This document shows positions 46,861-59,513 of a stretch of DNA of 64,000 nt, piece after piece. The first letter of the stretch is position 1, and every line of letters starts with the position of its first letter. Position numbers and translations under genes: made by a program. The notes under the pieces were generated by a model, which made no database searches, was not told the origin of the DNA, and saw only the letters and a list, made by a program, of their open reading frames with translations. Source of the stretch: Cyanophora paradoxa CCMP329 (lineage: Eukaryota; Plantae; Glaucophyta); the NCBI GenBank assembly GCA_004431415.1, contig QPMI01000416.1, positions 806,001 through 870,000 on the forward strand, written 5' to 3'.

Positions 46861-49800
46861 ATGGCAGCGCCGGGCGGCTGGCCGGCGCCCGCTGTCTCGG
46901 ACGGCGACTCTCAAGGTGAGCGCGTGAATCAACTGCACATGTTCTTCCGCGCGCGTTTAAAGCTGCCCACTTGACGTGAGCGGCGCTGACTGCTGCGCCG
47001 CCGACGTCCACGCAGACCTGAGCGAGGATTCGGAGGCGAGCGAGGCTTCTGAGGACCTGTCTGACGACGAGAAGTTACTCGCCGCGGCGCGTGCTCGCGC
47101 CGCCGGACAGGCGGCGGCAGCAGTTCGGCCCCTTCCGCCGGCCTTGGCACGGACCGCGCCGGCAGCTGCTGCCCCGGCGATTGCCCCGCCATCTCTCGGT
47201 CTCCCCACCGCTTTCCACGGCTTCGGCGCGGACTTGCCCGTGAGCGGCCCGTCGGCCGGACGAGGCGCTCAGAAGAAGCGTCGCGGCGGCGCAGCCGGTG
47301 GCGCGGCAGGCGCAGCGCCGCGCGTCCGCGCCCCTAAGAAGCCTCGGGTCGCGGCGAGCACCGCGGCCGCGTCGGGCGTGGCGGCTGTTTCTGCGGGCGC
47401 GCCCTCCTCGGGGCCCAGCTCCCTCATTCGCCAGATGCCGGCCGACCACGGCCCCACGGCCGCCTCCTCCTCCTCCGCCACCATACCGCCTCCCATCTCT
47501 GGCTTCGGTTCGTCCGCAGGGGCCGCCCATGCGAAGCCGGGGGCGAAGGCGAAGGCGACGACGGGGAGCGAGGAGAGCGACGAGGAGGAGAGCTCTGGCG
47601 GACTGGAGATCGACGAGGGCGACGCCGGCCAGGACGGGGCGCCCTCCCACCACGCCGACGCATCCGCCGCTACCGCCGCCGCCGCCGCCGCCGGCGCGGC
47701 TTTCGAGGAGGAAGAGGAGGTGGTCGACGAGGGCGCGGTGGCCGCCGTGCAGGTCCCCCCCCGCCCTCTCCCCTCTTTCCATTTCTTTTCTGACGTGCTC
47801 TTGCAGGGCCTCTTCAGCGCCGCCGACGCCGGCGCGCCGGCCGCTGCCGGTGCCGGTGCGCCCCCGCCGGCGAAGAAGAAGCGCGTGCGGCCGCCCGGGG
47901 GCAAGCTCAGCGAGGAGGCCAAGCTCGCGAAGCAGGTGCCGAGGGGCGGGCGGCGGGTGAGGGAGCGGGGCGCTGAGGGCGGCGGGCAGATCGCGCGTGA
48001 GGAGGAGCGGCTGCGGAAGGCGCACGAGGCGGAGCGGCAGAAGGAGGAGCGCCGCCTCGCCCGCGAGCTCGAGCGGGCGCGCTCCCCGCCCCCCGCCGGC
48101 CCCCCGCCGGCCCGCTGCCGCCCGACGCGGCCCCGCAGGAGCGCCTCCGGGCGGAGAAGGCGGCGGAGAAGGAGAGGATGAGGCTCGCCCCGTCGCCGCG
48201 CTGCCCGCGGGGCCGCCGCTGAGCCGGCCGCGCAGGGCGGAGAAGAAGGCCGAGCTCGAGCGCCTCAAGGCGGAGAAGGCGGCGGAGAAGGCGGCGCGGG
48301 ACGCCGAGAAGGGCGGCAAGAGCAAGAAGCGGGCGTCGGCGGGGCGTCGGGGGGCGAGGGGAGGGGCCGGCGGCGGCGGCGGGCCCGTCGCGGTCGTCGA
48401 GCCGGCCGCGGGCGCCCAAGGCGCGGCCCGACGCGGCCGGGGAGGAGGAGCTCGAGGAGCGCCCCGCCGCCCCGCGCGCCCCCAAGCTTCCCAAGCACGC
48501 CAAGCCCAAGCCGCCAAGGCCCCCGCCGAGGCTGCCGACGCGGCCGAGGGCGGGGCGGAGGCGGAGGGCGGGGAGGGAAGGCGCCTGCGCCGGTGCGGGC
48601 GGCGAAGCGGGCGCTGGAGGCGGAGGAGGTGGAGGCCCTGCCGGGGCGGCCGCCCCTCGAGCGCGACTTCGCCCTCCCGACGAGCTCGTCGGTCCGCCGG
48701 CCCCCGCCCGCCCCGCCTCGCCACGCCTCCCCGGCCCACCGCGGGGGCGCGGCGCAGGGGACGCCCTCCTCATCCACGACTTCGTCGCCTCGTTCGCCGC
48801 CACGCTGCCCCTCCCCAAGTCCGCCCCGCCCCGCGCCGCCCCTCGCGCGGCCGGGCTTAGGGCGGGGCAGCCCGCCGTCGTTCGGGGCGCTGCAGCGGGC
48901 GCTGCTGTCGCCGGCGGAGTGGGAGGCGGAGGGGGCGCTGGGGCGGCTGCACGTGGCGCTGCTGGCGCGGGTGCAGGTGGAGGAGCGGCAGGCGAGCAAG
49001 GAGTCGGAGGAGGCCGGCACCGGCGCCTTCCACGCCCTCGTGCCCCACGCCTTCCGCGTCCCCGCCGCGTGGACCACGGAGGCGCGCCGCGACATCACCG
49101 GCAGCTTCGTCGGACACACCCTCGTCGCCCCCGACGCCTCCCGCTTCCGCACCCTCGAGGCGCGCGCACCGCCGCCCCGCCCCGCCCGCCGCCCCCGACG
49201 GCCGCGCAGCTCGCCTTCGAGTACATGTACCCCATCCTGCCGCGGGAGCCGGCGCCGCAGCCGATCTTCGCGAACAAGGACGAGGAGCTGACCCTCCTCC
49301 GCTGGATGCACAAGCTCTTCCGCGTCCGCCCCGCCCCGCCCCGCCCCGCCCCGCCCCGCACTGAGGCCCCGCCCCGGGCCGCAGCTGACGCCGGTGGACG
49401 AGGAGAACTGGCCCGAGATCCTCCGCTACCACCTCCTCCTCTCCTCGTCCGCCCCCGCCCCGCCCCCCGCCCCCTCCCCTCGCCCCTTCCCACGCCCCCG
49501 CCCAGGCGCTGGCAGATGGGCGCCCCCGGGCGCCGGCGGCACCACTCGGGGAAGCGGGACCGCCGCCGCAAGGCGCCCCGCCCCACCGTCTACCAGGGGC
49601 CGGCCCCTGCCCTCCCCCCGGCCCCCGCCCTCCCGCCCGCACCCGCCCTCCCTCCGCCAGCGCCCCGACCGCGCCGGGGACGCCGATGGGCCCGCCGCCG
49701 CCGCGCTCGCCGCGGGTCTCGGGCGGAGGGACGCCCCGGGGCTCCCCCTCGCCTCCCTCCCCGGCGGCGACGCCCTCGGCCGGGGCGGGCAGGCGGGGAG

Positions 49801-52267
49801 CCCGCCGGGGCGCAAGCCCCCGGCGCGGGGACGCCCGGAGAGACCGCCGCCGAGCAGCGCGCGGAGGAGGCGGCGGCCGAGTGGGAGGGCGAGGCGGCGG
49901 CGTCGGGGCGGCTGGCGGAGGCGGCGCGGGCGCTGGGGGCGGGGGGATACGCGGGGGTGGGCCCGGGGGAGCGGGTGGCGTGCCTGCGGCACCTGCTCGA
50001 CGAGGCGCTGGAGCTCGAGTCGTTCCGGAGCCACGCGGAGAGCCTGCAGGGGCTCGAGAAGGGCCTCCGGCACGCCGTCGCGGAGGAGGGCCGGCGGCGC
50101 CGCGACCTCCTCCGCCTCAAGCAGCAGGCCAAGGAGACCCTCCGCGCCATCCAGGCCCGCCCCCGCACCCCGCGCCCCGCCACCGCGCCCCCCGCCCTCA
50201 CCCCGCCCCGCGCAGGCGCGGGACGCGAACCCGGGGGAGGGCGCCCCCGCCCCGGAGCTTGTCATCCCACCCGACGTCACGGGTGTGCCCCCGCCCTCCC
50301 CGCCCCGCCGGCCCCGGGGCGCTGCGGTGACGGGGCCGGCAGCGGAGTCGGTGCAGGGGGAGATCGAGGGGTACGAGCGTGAGATGGCGGAGTGCGGGCG
50401 GCGGCAGCGGGAGGCGGCGGAGCAGGCGGAGCGCTGCGTGCCCCGCACGGAGCCCCTCGGCACCGACCGCCGCCACGCCCGCTACTGGCTCCTCCACGGC
50501 TGGGCCGGCGGCGGCCTCTTCCCCCTCTCCCACCCCGCCGCCCTCCCCGCCGTCCACGACTCCTTCGCCCGCGCCGGCGCCTCCGGCCGCTGCATCCTCT
50601 ACGTGCAGGCGCGCCCCCCCCCGGCCCCGCGCGGCGGCCCTGAGGCGCTGGCGCAGGAGGTGCTGGCGGACGGCGGAGAGCGCTGGAGCTACGTCGCCGA
50701 TTCCGAGCAGTTCGCCGCCCTCCTGGCGCGCCGCCCCGCCCCGCCCGCCCCGCCCTGCCCGCTTCCCGCCCCGCCTAACGGGGCGCAGGCGTGGCTGCAC
50801 CCGCGCATCCCCTGCGAGGCGCGCCTGCGGGAGGCCCTCCGCGCCTCCAAGCCGGCCATCACGCAGGGCCTCGAGGCGCGCCCCCGCCCGCCCCGCCCCG
50901 CCCTGCCCCGCCGCGCCCGAGCGCGGGGCAGGGGATCGAGGCGGCGCGGCGGGCGCTGATCGCGCACGCCGAGGCGCGCGCGGCGGGCGGGGTGGAGGCG
51001 CCCGAGGGCGACGAGCCGGCGAAGAAGTCGAAGGCCTCGCGGCCGCCGCTGGAGCGGCTGCGGGCGCGCCTTCTCGCCCTCGAGAAGCGCCTCTGCGGGG
51101 GCAAGGGCCGCCCCGACGCCGCCCGCTTCTGGACCGTCTCAGACGGCGCCGCCTGGGTGCGCCGGCCGGCCCCCCGCAGCGGCGCCACCTTCCCGGGGGC
51201 GGCTCACGCTGGGCAGAGCGCGGGGGTGAAGGGGGCGGGGACGGCGGAGCAGCTGGCGGGGAGCCTGCTCGTCCTCGAGCACCAGATCGCCGTGGGCGAC
51301 CTGGTGCGCCGCCCCCGCCCCGCCCGCCCGCACTGCCCCGCGCGGCCTGACGCGGGGTGGGCGGGGCGGGCAGCGGGGCGACGAGCGGTCGCAGATGTCG
51401 TGGGCGCCCGTGCAGGCGGACCTCTGGCGGCGCGCCGCGCACAAGGCCCGCACCGTCGCCCAGGTCGCCCTCTTCCTCGCCGCCCTCGAGGCCGGCATGG
51501 TCCGCCCCGCGCCGCGCCGCGCCGCGCCGCCCGGCTGCGCTGCGGGGAGCACGTGGCCGGCCTCACGCCGGCGCAGGTCTCCTCGTCGAGCGCGAAGAAG
51601 GCGCGGCCCTCGGGGCGCCCGGCGCGGGGGCCGCCGCGGGGCCCGCCCTGCGCCGCTCGGAGCGCTCCCGCCACGACGCCCCCGTGCCGCTTGCGCACGG
51701 GGCCCCGGCTCCGACCCTCCCCCCCGCCTCCTCCTCCCGCCTCTCGTCGGGGGCCGCCGAGGCGAGCGCCCCGAAAGCGGCGAAGGGGGCGACAGCGGGG
51801 GCGGGCGCGCCGCCCCTGATGGTGAGCCTCCCCGACGGCTCCCAGGTCCAGGTCAAGGCGCGCACGGCGCACGCAGAGCCGCCCGCCTCCCGCCCGCCCC
51901 GACGCCCCTCCCAGGTGGGCGACCTCGTCGCCATCTCGGGCTACGGCCGCGGCGGCCAGTGGCGCTCCCAGGAGTACGAGCTGAAGGCGCGAGCGCCGTA
52001 CCGCGTTCGGCCGCGTCGCGGGGCGGAGCGGCGCCTGACGCTGCGGCGCGCCGCGGGCAGGTGACCAAGGTGCACGGCTCGCTCGGAACATTCGATGCGG
52101 CGGCCTTACCGAAATACGGCAAGGTCCGCCCCGCCCCCGCCCCCGCCCCGGCCCCGGGCGCCGACGCCTCCCCTTCGCTCCCGCCGGCGCAGTGGTACAT
52201 GGAGCAGGAGCCGGTGGTGAACATCGTGCGCGTGGGGCCCAAGAAGGCCGCCCCCGCTCAGGAGTGA
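46861..52267 (+). CDS. DDT-WHIM1-WHIM2/3 protein (BAZ/RLT/Ioc3-like ISWI partner)
   Basis: DDT GDALLIHDFVASF...LGRLHVALL; DEENWPEILR; WHIM1 ERVACLRHLLDEAL; WHIM2 RTEPLGTDRRHARYW; WHIM3 WSYVADSEQFAALLAWLHPRIPCEARLREAL. Confidence 0.8.
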
Positions 52268-52634
52268 CTCGGGCGCTCTAGTCCCACGGCCTCGTCAATG
52301 AAATCGATTATCGGATCGCTGCGCTTCGACGGTGGGCCCCAGGTGGGATCTGGGTTGCAAGTGTGCCCAGCTGCAGGGAAATGGGACGAGCCGGGCATGG
52401 CAGAAGAGATGGCCACTGTACTGAAGTCACACCCAGACAACCCCAAAATGAACAGAAACGAACAGAAAGTTACACAAGCACGGGAAGCATTAGCGCGCAA
52501 TCGCGCGACGGCATTCTGGGCCGGTGGACTCGAGGGCGTCCGGCCCGCGGATCCGGCTGTGACTCGGATCCCGCATGGAGGGAGGAGAAATAGGAAGCGA
52601 AAGAAGGAGAAAGAGAGGCTCTACATCGACAAAT

Positions 52635-53592
52635 CTACATGTGGGTCTTGAGGTGGGTCATGAGGGTCTCCTTGGTGGTCCCTGCCAGGCGCCGAGCAGG
52701 TCAGCGCGACCGCTGGGGGAACGGCGCACGTCAGCGACGAGGACGGCCTCGCACCGCCAACGACAGTCTCCTTAACCTCGGCGTCCTTGAAGATGCCGAT
52801 CCACGGGATGGAGCGCACGTTGTACCGGCTCGCCACGGACGGGCACTGCGAGACGCCGTGAGGCCGCGGCGGGTAGGAAAACACAGAAAAGAGGCACCTC
52901 GTCGAGGTCAAGCTTAACAATCTGTGGCGCGGGGACAACCGCCGCTCAGGACCGCAGCTGAAAACCAGAACGAGAACGCTCGGACCTTGAGCTTGTCAGC
53001 GGGGATCTCGCCGGCAATCTCGTCAACGATCGCGGTCACGATCTTGCAAGGGCCTGCTCGCAGGGCCCGCTGTCAGATGGCGAAACGGTCCTGCAACCTC
53101 GTGTGATTGCGCACCACACCACTTAGCGGACTGCGGGCGACGAGGGCGTACGTTAGCGGAATCGAAACTGGACGTAGATACTGAGGCGTACCATGTACAC
53201 GAGGTGGGCCTTGCCGCCCATGCTGCCGCCAAGGACCGTCTCTGCAAAATCGCAATCATCGATGATCAGCCAGTGCGAGGGGCATTCCTGGCGCGCAGGG
53301 AGGCTTCCAAAAACTCTTTGAATAAATCCTACGTATACGCACCGTCGAAGTCAGCCTCGCTGACCTCGGTGATGGCAGCGAAGACGGCGGGAACGGCGGG
53401 CGCCGTCGCCGAGGCCGCCGTCACGAACTTCCGCGAGGAAACGAACGAGGGAGCGACGGCCGAGCCGAGGAACTCGGCGCGCTGAACGCGGCCGCTGCGG
53501 GCCTGTGCGGGCACCTGGCTGGACGACGCGACTCGGGGAGCGACGGGAGCCCGAGCGGCGGTGAAAACAGGTGCAGAGCAGACGTACGCCAT
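52635..53592 (-). CDS. Plastid thioredoxin (WCGPC)
   Basis: MAYVCSAP transit peptide; spliced SAKWCGPCKIV...IVKLDLDECPSVASRYNVRSIP...ETVVG. Confidence 0.92.
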
Positions 53593-54254
53593 GGCTAAGG
53601 CTGGTGTTTCGAATTCGCGTCGAGCTCGAGGCGGCCGACTCCTAATTGCTTGGGGGTACGCACGGCGATCCCTTTTTAACGGGAGGGGGGAAGAAGCCGG
53701 CACACGCTCGCCCCGGCGGACTCCCGAGTCTCGATCTCGCGATCGACCCAATCCGATGATCTAGATCTAGAGTCCGAAGCTAAGCCTAATACTACTAGTA
53801 GGCGTATCGCTCAGCGGCTAGCGCTCATAAGCTAGCTCGGACAGATCTAGATCTTGACGGACTTGGTCCGCGCGCGTGCACTGGTACTAGTAGTACTAGT
53901 ACTGCGGCTACTGCACTGCGGCTACCACGTTGGCAGCTCAAAAGAAACCCTCGATTGCGACATGTACAGCTACGAACGCGCTCGAGGCCTTTCTCACATG
54001 TACACGGAACTATGGCGAGCTCGAGCTCCGCCGCAATCTCGGGCTTGGATGGGATAGGACGGCAAAGGGGAAGGGGCGACGAGGACAAGGGATCAGGGCG
54101 CCGGGCCGGAGGGCGGGGCGGGCCGGGCGGGTCGGCGGGCGGGGGGATGTGCGGCCGGGTGTAAAGGGGGGGCGGTTCGGGAGGGGACGGGGGAGGCGGG
54201 GCGCGCGGTGGAGGAGACGGTCGGCGTCCGGGTCCCGAAGGGGCCCGCAGCCGT

Positions 54255-57200
54255 CTAGGGCATGTAGATGTAGACCTGCGCGCGCGGGGCGAGTCAGCGA
54301 GGCGCCTGCGGGAGCGGGGCGGGGCGGGGCGGACCTGTGGGTTGTCCTTGTCGCGCTGGAGGTACTCGCGCTCGATGAGGGACTCGATGCGCTTCTTGAT
54401 GTCGGCCGGCTTGAAGGGGAACTTGAGCTGGTTGTAGATCTCGGAGACGAGCAGCGTGTGGCTCAGCGTCTTCCGCGTCTTCATGATCCGCACGATCGCC
54501 GCGTCGATCTGCGCCACGCGCCCGGCGTCACGCCGAGGGCGGCGCAGGGGCGCATGGCGAGGCGGGCCTGGTACTGGCGGTCCTGGAAGACGCGCTTGTT
54601 GGTCTGCTGGTTCTCCTCCTGCGTCTCCTTCATCTGGATGGAGTTGACCTTGATGCGGTACATCTTAGCCGTGAACTCCGTGTTGAACGAGAAGACGTCG
54701 TCGTCCTTCAGCTCCTTCGTCTGCCTCCCCCGTCAGCGGCAGCCGCGCCACCGGCGGCAGCGCGGAGAGGGGCGCCGGGGCGCACGTTGGGGCTCTTGTT
54801 GAGGAGCTTGACCTTGGACATGGTCATGCCGATCATGTTCCGCTTCAGTTCCTTCTCGTCTGCGGGGCGCGCGTGAGGCAGGGGAAAGGAGGGGAAGGAA
54901 GGGGGCGGGGGCGGACCCATGCCGGTCTGCTCGGAGAGGTCCTTGAGGGAGAGGGTGTCGGTGTCGTTGAAGAGGAGCAGGATGACCGCCTGGTAGAGCG
55001 AGACCTGCAGCTCCCTCCGCCCCTTCGGGTAGTTCGCCTTCAGCATGCAGATCGACCACGCGTAGTGCCACGTCAGCTTCCGCCCGCTGTGCTTCCCCAG
55101 GTAGTACGTCTTGAACATCTCCTGGAACTCGCCAAGCTGCGCCCAGGCAGTCAGCGGCGGGGCGGGCCGGCGGGGCGGCGGGGCGGGCGGGCCTCCTTGG
55201 GGAGTTTGAGGTCCATGGGGGTGACGTTGGGCCAGAAGCCGGTGGTGAGGACCTGCACGTTGAGCTCCACGTCGCCCGCCTTCGCCTGGTTCTTCGCGTG
55301 CTGCGCGCGCCTCGGCGCCGGCCCGGCCGCCTGACGCGAGGCGGGGGCGGACCTGGCGGAAGTTGGTGGTGATGTCCTTGGAGAGGTCGAGGTCGCGCAG
55401 CATGACCTCCAGCTTGTTCGTGAACTGCGACCCGCATTCTGCCCGTCCCCACCCCCCGCCCCCGTCAGCGGCGCCCCCGGCGCGGCGGCGGCGGCGGCGA
55501 AGCGCACCGGTCTTGAGCTTGGAAATCATCGACTTCTCGATGTCCTGGGAGATGCTCTTCTGCATGATGAGCCGGCGCGCCAGGTCCTGCGCCAGCGTTA
55601 GCCCCCCAGGCCCCGTGGCTGGCGAGGGGAGGGCGCGCATTCTTGTAGAAGGCCTCGAAGACGTCGGTGCCGAGGATGTAGCGGAGCAGTTGGACGACCT
55701 TGTCCAGGATCTGGTCCCGCTCCTCCTCCGGGTGGTCCTGCCCGCGCCCCGCCTCAGCGAGGCCACCGGCGGCGGCCGGCAGGCGACGGCCTCGCCTTCT
55801 CGGTGCCCTTCTTCAGCATGTTGTCGCAGAAGGACGCAAGCAGCTCCGCCGTGCTCTTCTTGCCCACGCCCTCCTTGTTCACGAATACGATGAACGCCTG
55901 CCGGCGACGCGGGTCACCGGCCGTGCTTTGGTGCCGGCGGGGGGCTCGCGTGCGGGCTCGCCTCGGAAAGGGCCTTGTGGAACACGGGGTTTGATGCGAA
56001 GCACTTGTTAACGAGGCCGTTGTACTTGTCGTGCATCGCGATGAGCTTCATGATGTACGCTGCGCGCGCGGCGACTCAGGGCGCGCGTGCGTGGGAAGGA
56101 GCGCACGGGCCGCGGCTGCGCACCCTGCGTGTCTTCGCTATTCTGCTGCGACTCGACGAGCGCCAGTCCCTCATCCGAAATGTGCTTCTTGAATATGCGG
56201 GCGATCGGCTGCAGGCCGCTCTGCAGGCGGGAGAAGAGCCGGAACATGCGGGAGAGGTCTACGGCCCATCGCGGTCAGCGCGCAGCTGACGCGCTGGAGG
56301 CGGATCCCAGACCGTCGGTCTTATTGTCCCGGAGGAGGGCCTCGCAGCCGCTGTTCTCCATCTCCAGAAGCTTTTCCTCGGTACGCTCCAGGAGCTGATC
56401 CTCGCACACCTGGCACCGCCGCCTTAGGCACACCGGAAGGGAGGACCTGCCGCCCTGAAATCACCTTCATAAGCTTCGTCTCCGAGCTTTGGTTGAGGTA
56501 GTGGCCGATGCGACCCTTCTCCTCCTCGAGGCATGCCTCCGCCTGAGGGCGAAAGTTTGAGCGCCCTGCGCACAGCAGGACAGGGAGACTACGCTAATTG
56601 CTCACCTTGCGCATGTACTCAGGGCAGCTGCACTCCTCAATCCAGCGGGCGCTCTCGCGGGAGTAGAATTCGGCGGTTTCTTGGAGGAACTGCGCGTCGA
56701 ACCCGGATCACGTCCACCCCATACGAGTCGCAAGGGCGCGGAATGACGCACCGCCTCCTCAAAGTCCGAGGCGTAGGTGGACATGTTGTTCGCGTCCATG
56801 TCCACGAAGATCTGGCAGCGCCGCCCTGTCAGGTGGGCACGAAAGCGCGGCGATATCGAAGCGGCAAACCTGGATGGTATTCTTCATGAGGGTGCGGTCA
56901 ACGCGCTCGCCATCCCGCTCTTTCCGGACCATGCCTAGCAGCACGAGCCGCACATCCTTCTTGACCGCATCGAAGACGGTCTCGTGGAACAAGTGCGTGC
57001 CTGCGAAGTGGTCAGAGTGCACAGGAACGCACAGGTCAAGCAGTCACACCAAGGTCATTCAGGGGCTTGAGTTTCTCACGGGGGATGTGGAAGCGGTCCT
57101 GCGGGTGGGCAGAGTTAAGAAGGGCGCAGATGAAAGCCATACATGCGCGCTGACCAGGTACGCGAAGAACTTGAGGTACCACTTGACCATCACCTTGTGG

Positions 57201-57638
57201 TTATCCCACCGCTTCACGAACTCCTCGAGCAGATAGGAGTCGTGCTTGTCGCGCACAGCTGGAAGAACGCGCTCGACAAGGTATGCGTTCACGGCTTCCT
57301 TGTAGCGATCGTACAGTTCCTGGGAGTTCTTCTTCCCTTCCTCGCCAGGCTTCGCGCAGAGGTTGTAGACGAGCCTGCCAGGAGCAGAGCAAGCGCTCTC
57401 GATCAGACATGCGCGAAATGGCCGGCCGGCGGCGCGGGGTGAGCGTAGAAGGCGATGTTCATCTGACATACGTGTAAAGCGCCATGAACTCGGCAGATGT
57501 CAGCGTAGCGGTGAAACCGCTGTCCACCACTTCCTGCAGCTTGACGATACCGCCATTCTTGATCTTGTTCCAGTCCTCCTCGATGTTGGTGGTCGAAGGC
57601 ATGTTCGTCCCCTTGGCACGCTTCGAGGCGTGACTCAT
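54255..57638 (-). CDS. Cullin (CUL1-like N-terminus, CUL4-like C-terminus)
   Basis: [30 protein letters not shown]; [15 protein letters not shown]; VLTTGFWP; neddylation region [13 protein letters not shown]. Confidence 0.93.
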
Positions 57639-59088
57639 TGCCTGCGAATGCGCGCATACATTCGTGAGACGGGGCGATGCATGGCCAACGCCCACAGCGC
57701 GGCGCCCACAGGCGGGACGAGCAATGGAGAGAAATCCAGCGACCGGGCCACTGGATCCGGTACTTCGCGCACTCCGACCTCTAAGGCGTGCCGCGCTCAC
57801 CTCGGGGGCCGTCAAGCCGGACAACCGGCGGGCGAAGGCGGCGGGCTACGGGGACGGAGCGATGCCTGGGTACACTGTCTACTCAGGTTGAGGGATTGAC
57901 GAGCAACTTGCACGCGCGTCATTAGCTCAGCGCGTGCAGCATTGGCACAGCGTTTTGAAACGAACCACCCGCGGGCTCGCCGGAAATCGCACTCGGAGCC
58001 TCTTTGGGTCCACCTGTCAAGCAGCACACTCGCGATTTCGGACCGTCTTCTACCTCTTGCGATGGACCGCACGCAGTCCAGCTCAAAGTAAGTTGGTCCC
58101 GTGAGCGTGGGGTTAGGCGCTAGCTGCTGACGCTTTCGCAGCAGCGGACCTTTGGGAAGCACGGCCTCCAGCACGAGCAGCGTGCGGTAAGCTCAACATG
58201 AGTTTTAGTACAGACGCGCGTGCGTTGACGTCTTGCGGTTTACCTCTCAGCACGCTGCCCCCGTTCGAGAGCACGGCAATGGCGCTGCGATCGACCTCTG
58301 GTCACAGCGACCCCCTTGAGCGCTCGTTCCAGTGCGTATTTTGCGGAGATCTTGCTGGTCTTTATGTGCTTAAAGAGGACCGACACCGCTTTCGCGGATT
58401 CCCTTTTCTGTGCTTTACTCCGGCACCCGCAGCACATGGAAACACGTGAATGCCGGCTATGTCACCACGCCCTCTCAGAAGATGACGGAAACCCAACAGG
58501 CCTACCTTTGGTGCGCCGCACCTGCCGTAACGCGACTGGAAAGGGAAACGAGACTGTCGTTTTTGAGTGAAGGCTAGGATCGGTGGGAGCTGACACTTTT
58601 ACTAATTATGGGGCATGGCTCAGGGATCCCGAAGCGGTGGCCACGTCACCTACAACGAAGGAGCACCGTCGCGTCCGTGGGATTTTCTCCTCGTACCTGA
58701 AAGAGAGCCTCACGAAGGGCGGTACGCGAAGTCAGCCATTGCGCACATGGCACTTGAAGCTGATACCTCTGGCAGTTGACCTCAAGCGGACTGCCCATTA
58801 AGCGGAAACGACCTCGATCCAGAGCGATTCTCCAGAACGATCACCAGTGCTGCAGGTAGCCTAGGCGTATTCCTCCTTTTTTTCTTTTTTCTAGAGCGGA
58901 CAGCTCGACAGGCGCACGCTCTCGGCACGCCGACCCTCGTTTTTCATGCAGTTTTTCTCCCACGTTCGGTTTTTTTCTTGTACTGTACAGCACATGCTGC
59001 TGCGTTCTGCAGGCATTAATTTCTTTTTCTGAGTGCAGTTCGAGTGTGTACGTAGCACCGCCGGGCCGCGTTGTGTCTTCACCCCTTT

Positions 59089-59215
59089 TATACCTTACTA
59101 AGTAAGAAAAACATTTTGCTCGGATAGGTCCGGCCAGGCAGGGAGGGGGTTGCCCCCCTCCCCACGCGCCGCTGTTTCCAGCGGCTCGGCCGTACCCTAT
59201 ACCTTACTAAGTAAG
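59089..59215. repeat. 127-bp unit bounded by 18-bp direct repeats with internal hairpins
   Basis: TATACCTTACTAAGTAAG at 59089-59106 and 59198-59215; hairpins GGGAGGGGG-TTGC-CCCCCTCCC and GCCGCTG-TTTC-CAGCGGC. Confidence 0.8.
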
Positions 59216-59513
59216 TCATCAAACTCAACATCTATGGGCATCGGTGTCCTTCGTTCCACACGTAGAAACCCAGAAACCTCGTGCAATTGCAGCTGCCAAT
59301 CGAAGAAATGGAAGCTGAATATTAAATTATAAAGTGCCAATAACTGCCAGGCTTTGCAAGGTGCTTATCGTTCGCACCCTGGGCCCATCTATAGCAATGC
59401 ACGCCATTGGTGAAATGGCCGCCGATGTGTTTTGGCACAGGCAGATAACACCTACAGAACTGTAATCCTACCTAGACCTGCCCTGAGAAAGCAAAAAGCA
59501 GATGTGCAGCGTC

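Noticed and set aside
52298-52651. 117-aa ORF
   Set aside because: Lies in the overlapping 3' regions of convergent genes, has no motif and atypical codon use.
25650-57638. Ubiquitin/chromatin gene cluster (RING, F-box, cullin, PHD, DDT, SET)
   Set aside because: These are large common families interspersed with unrelated genes; no evidence of functional clustering.
59089-59215. CRISPR array or U1 snRNA (ATACCTTAC resembles ATACTTACC)
   Set aside because: Only two repeats, no cas genes, eukaryotic context; no U1 loop sequences or Sm site.
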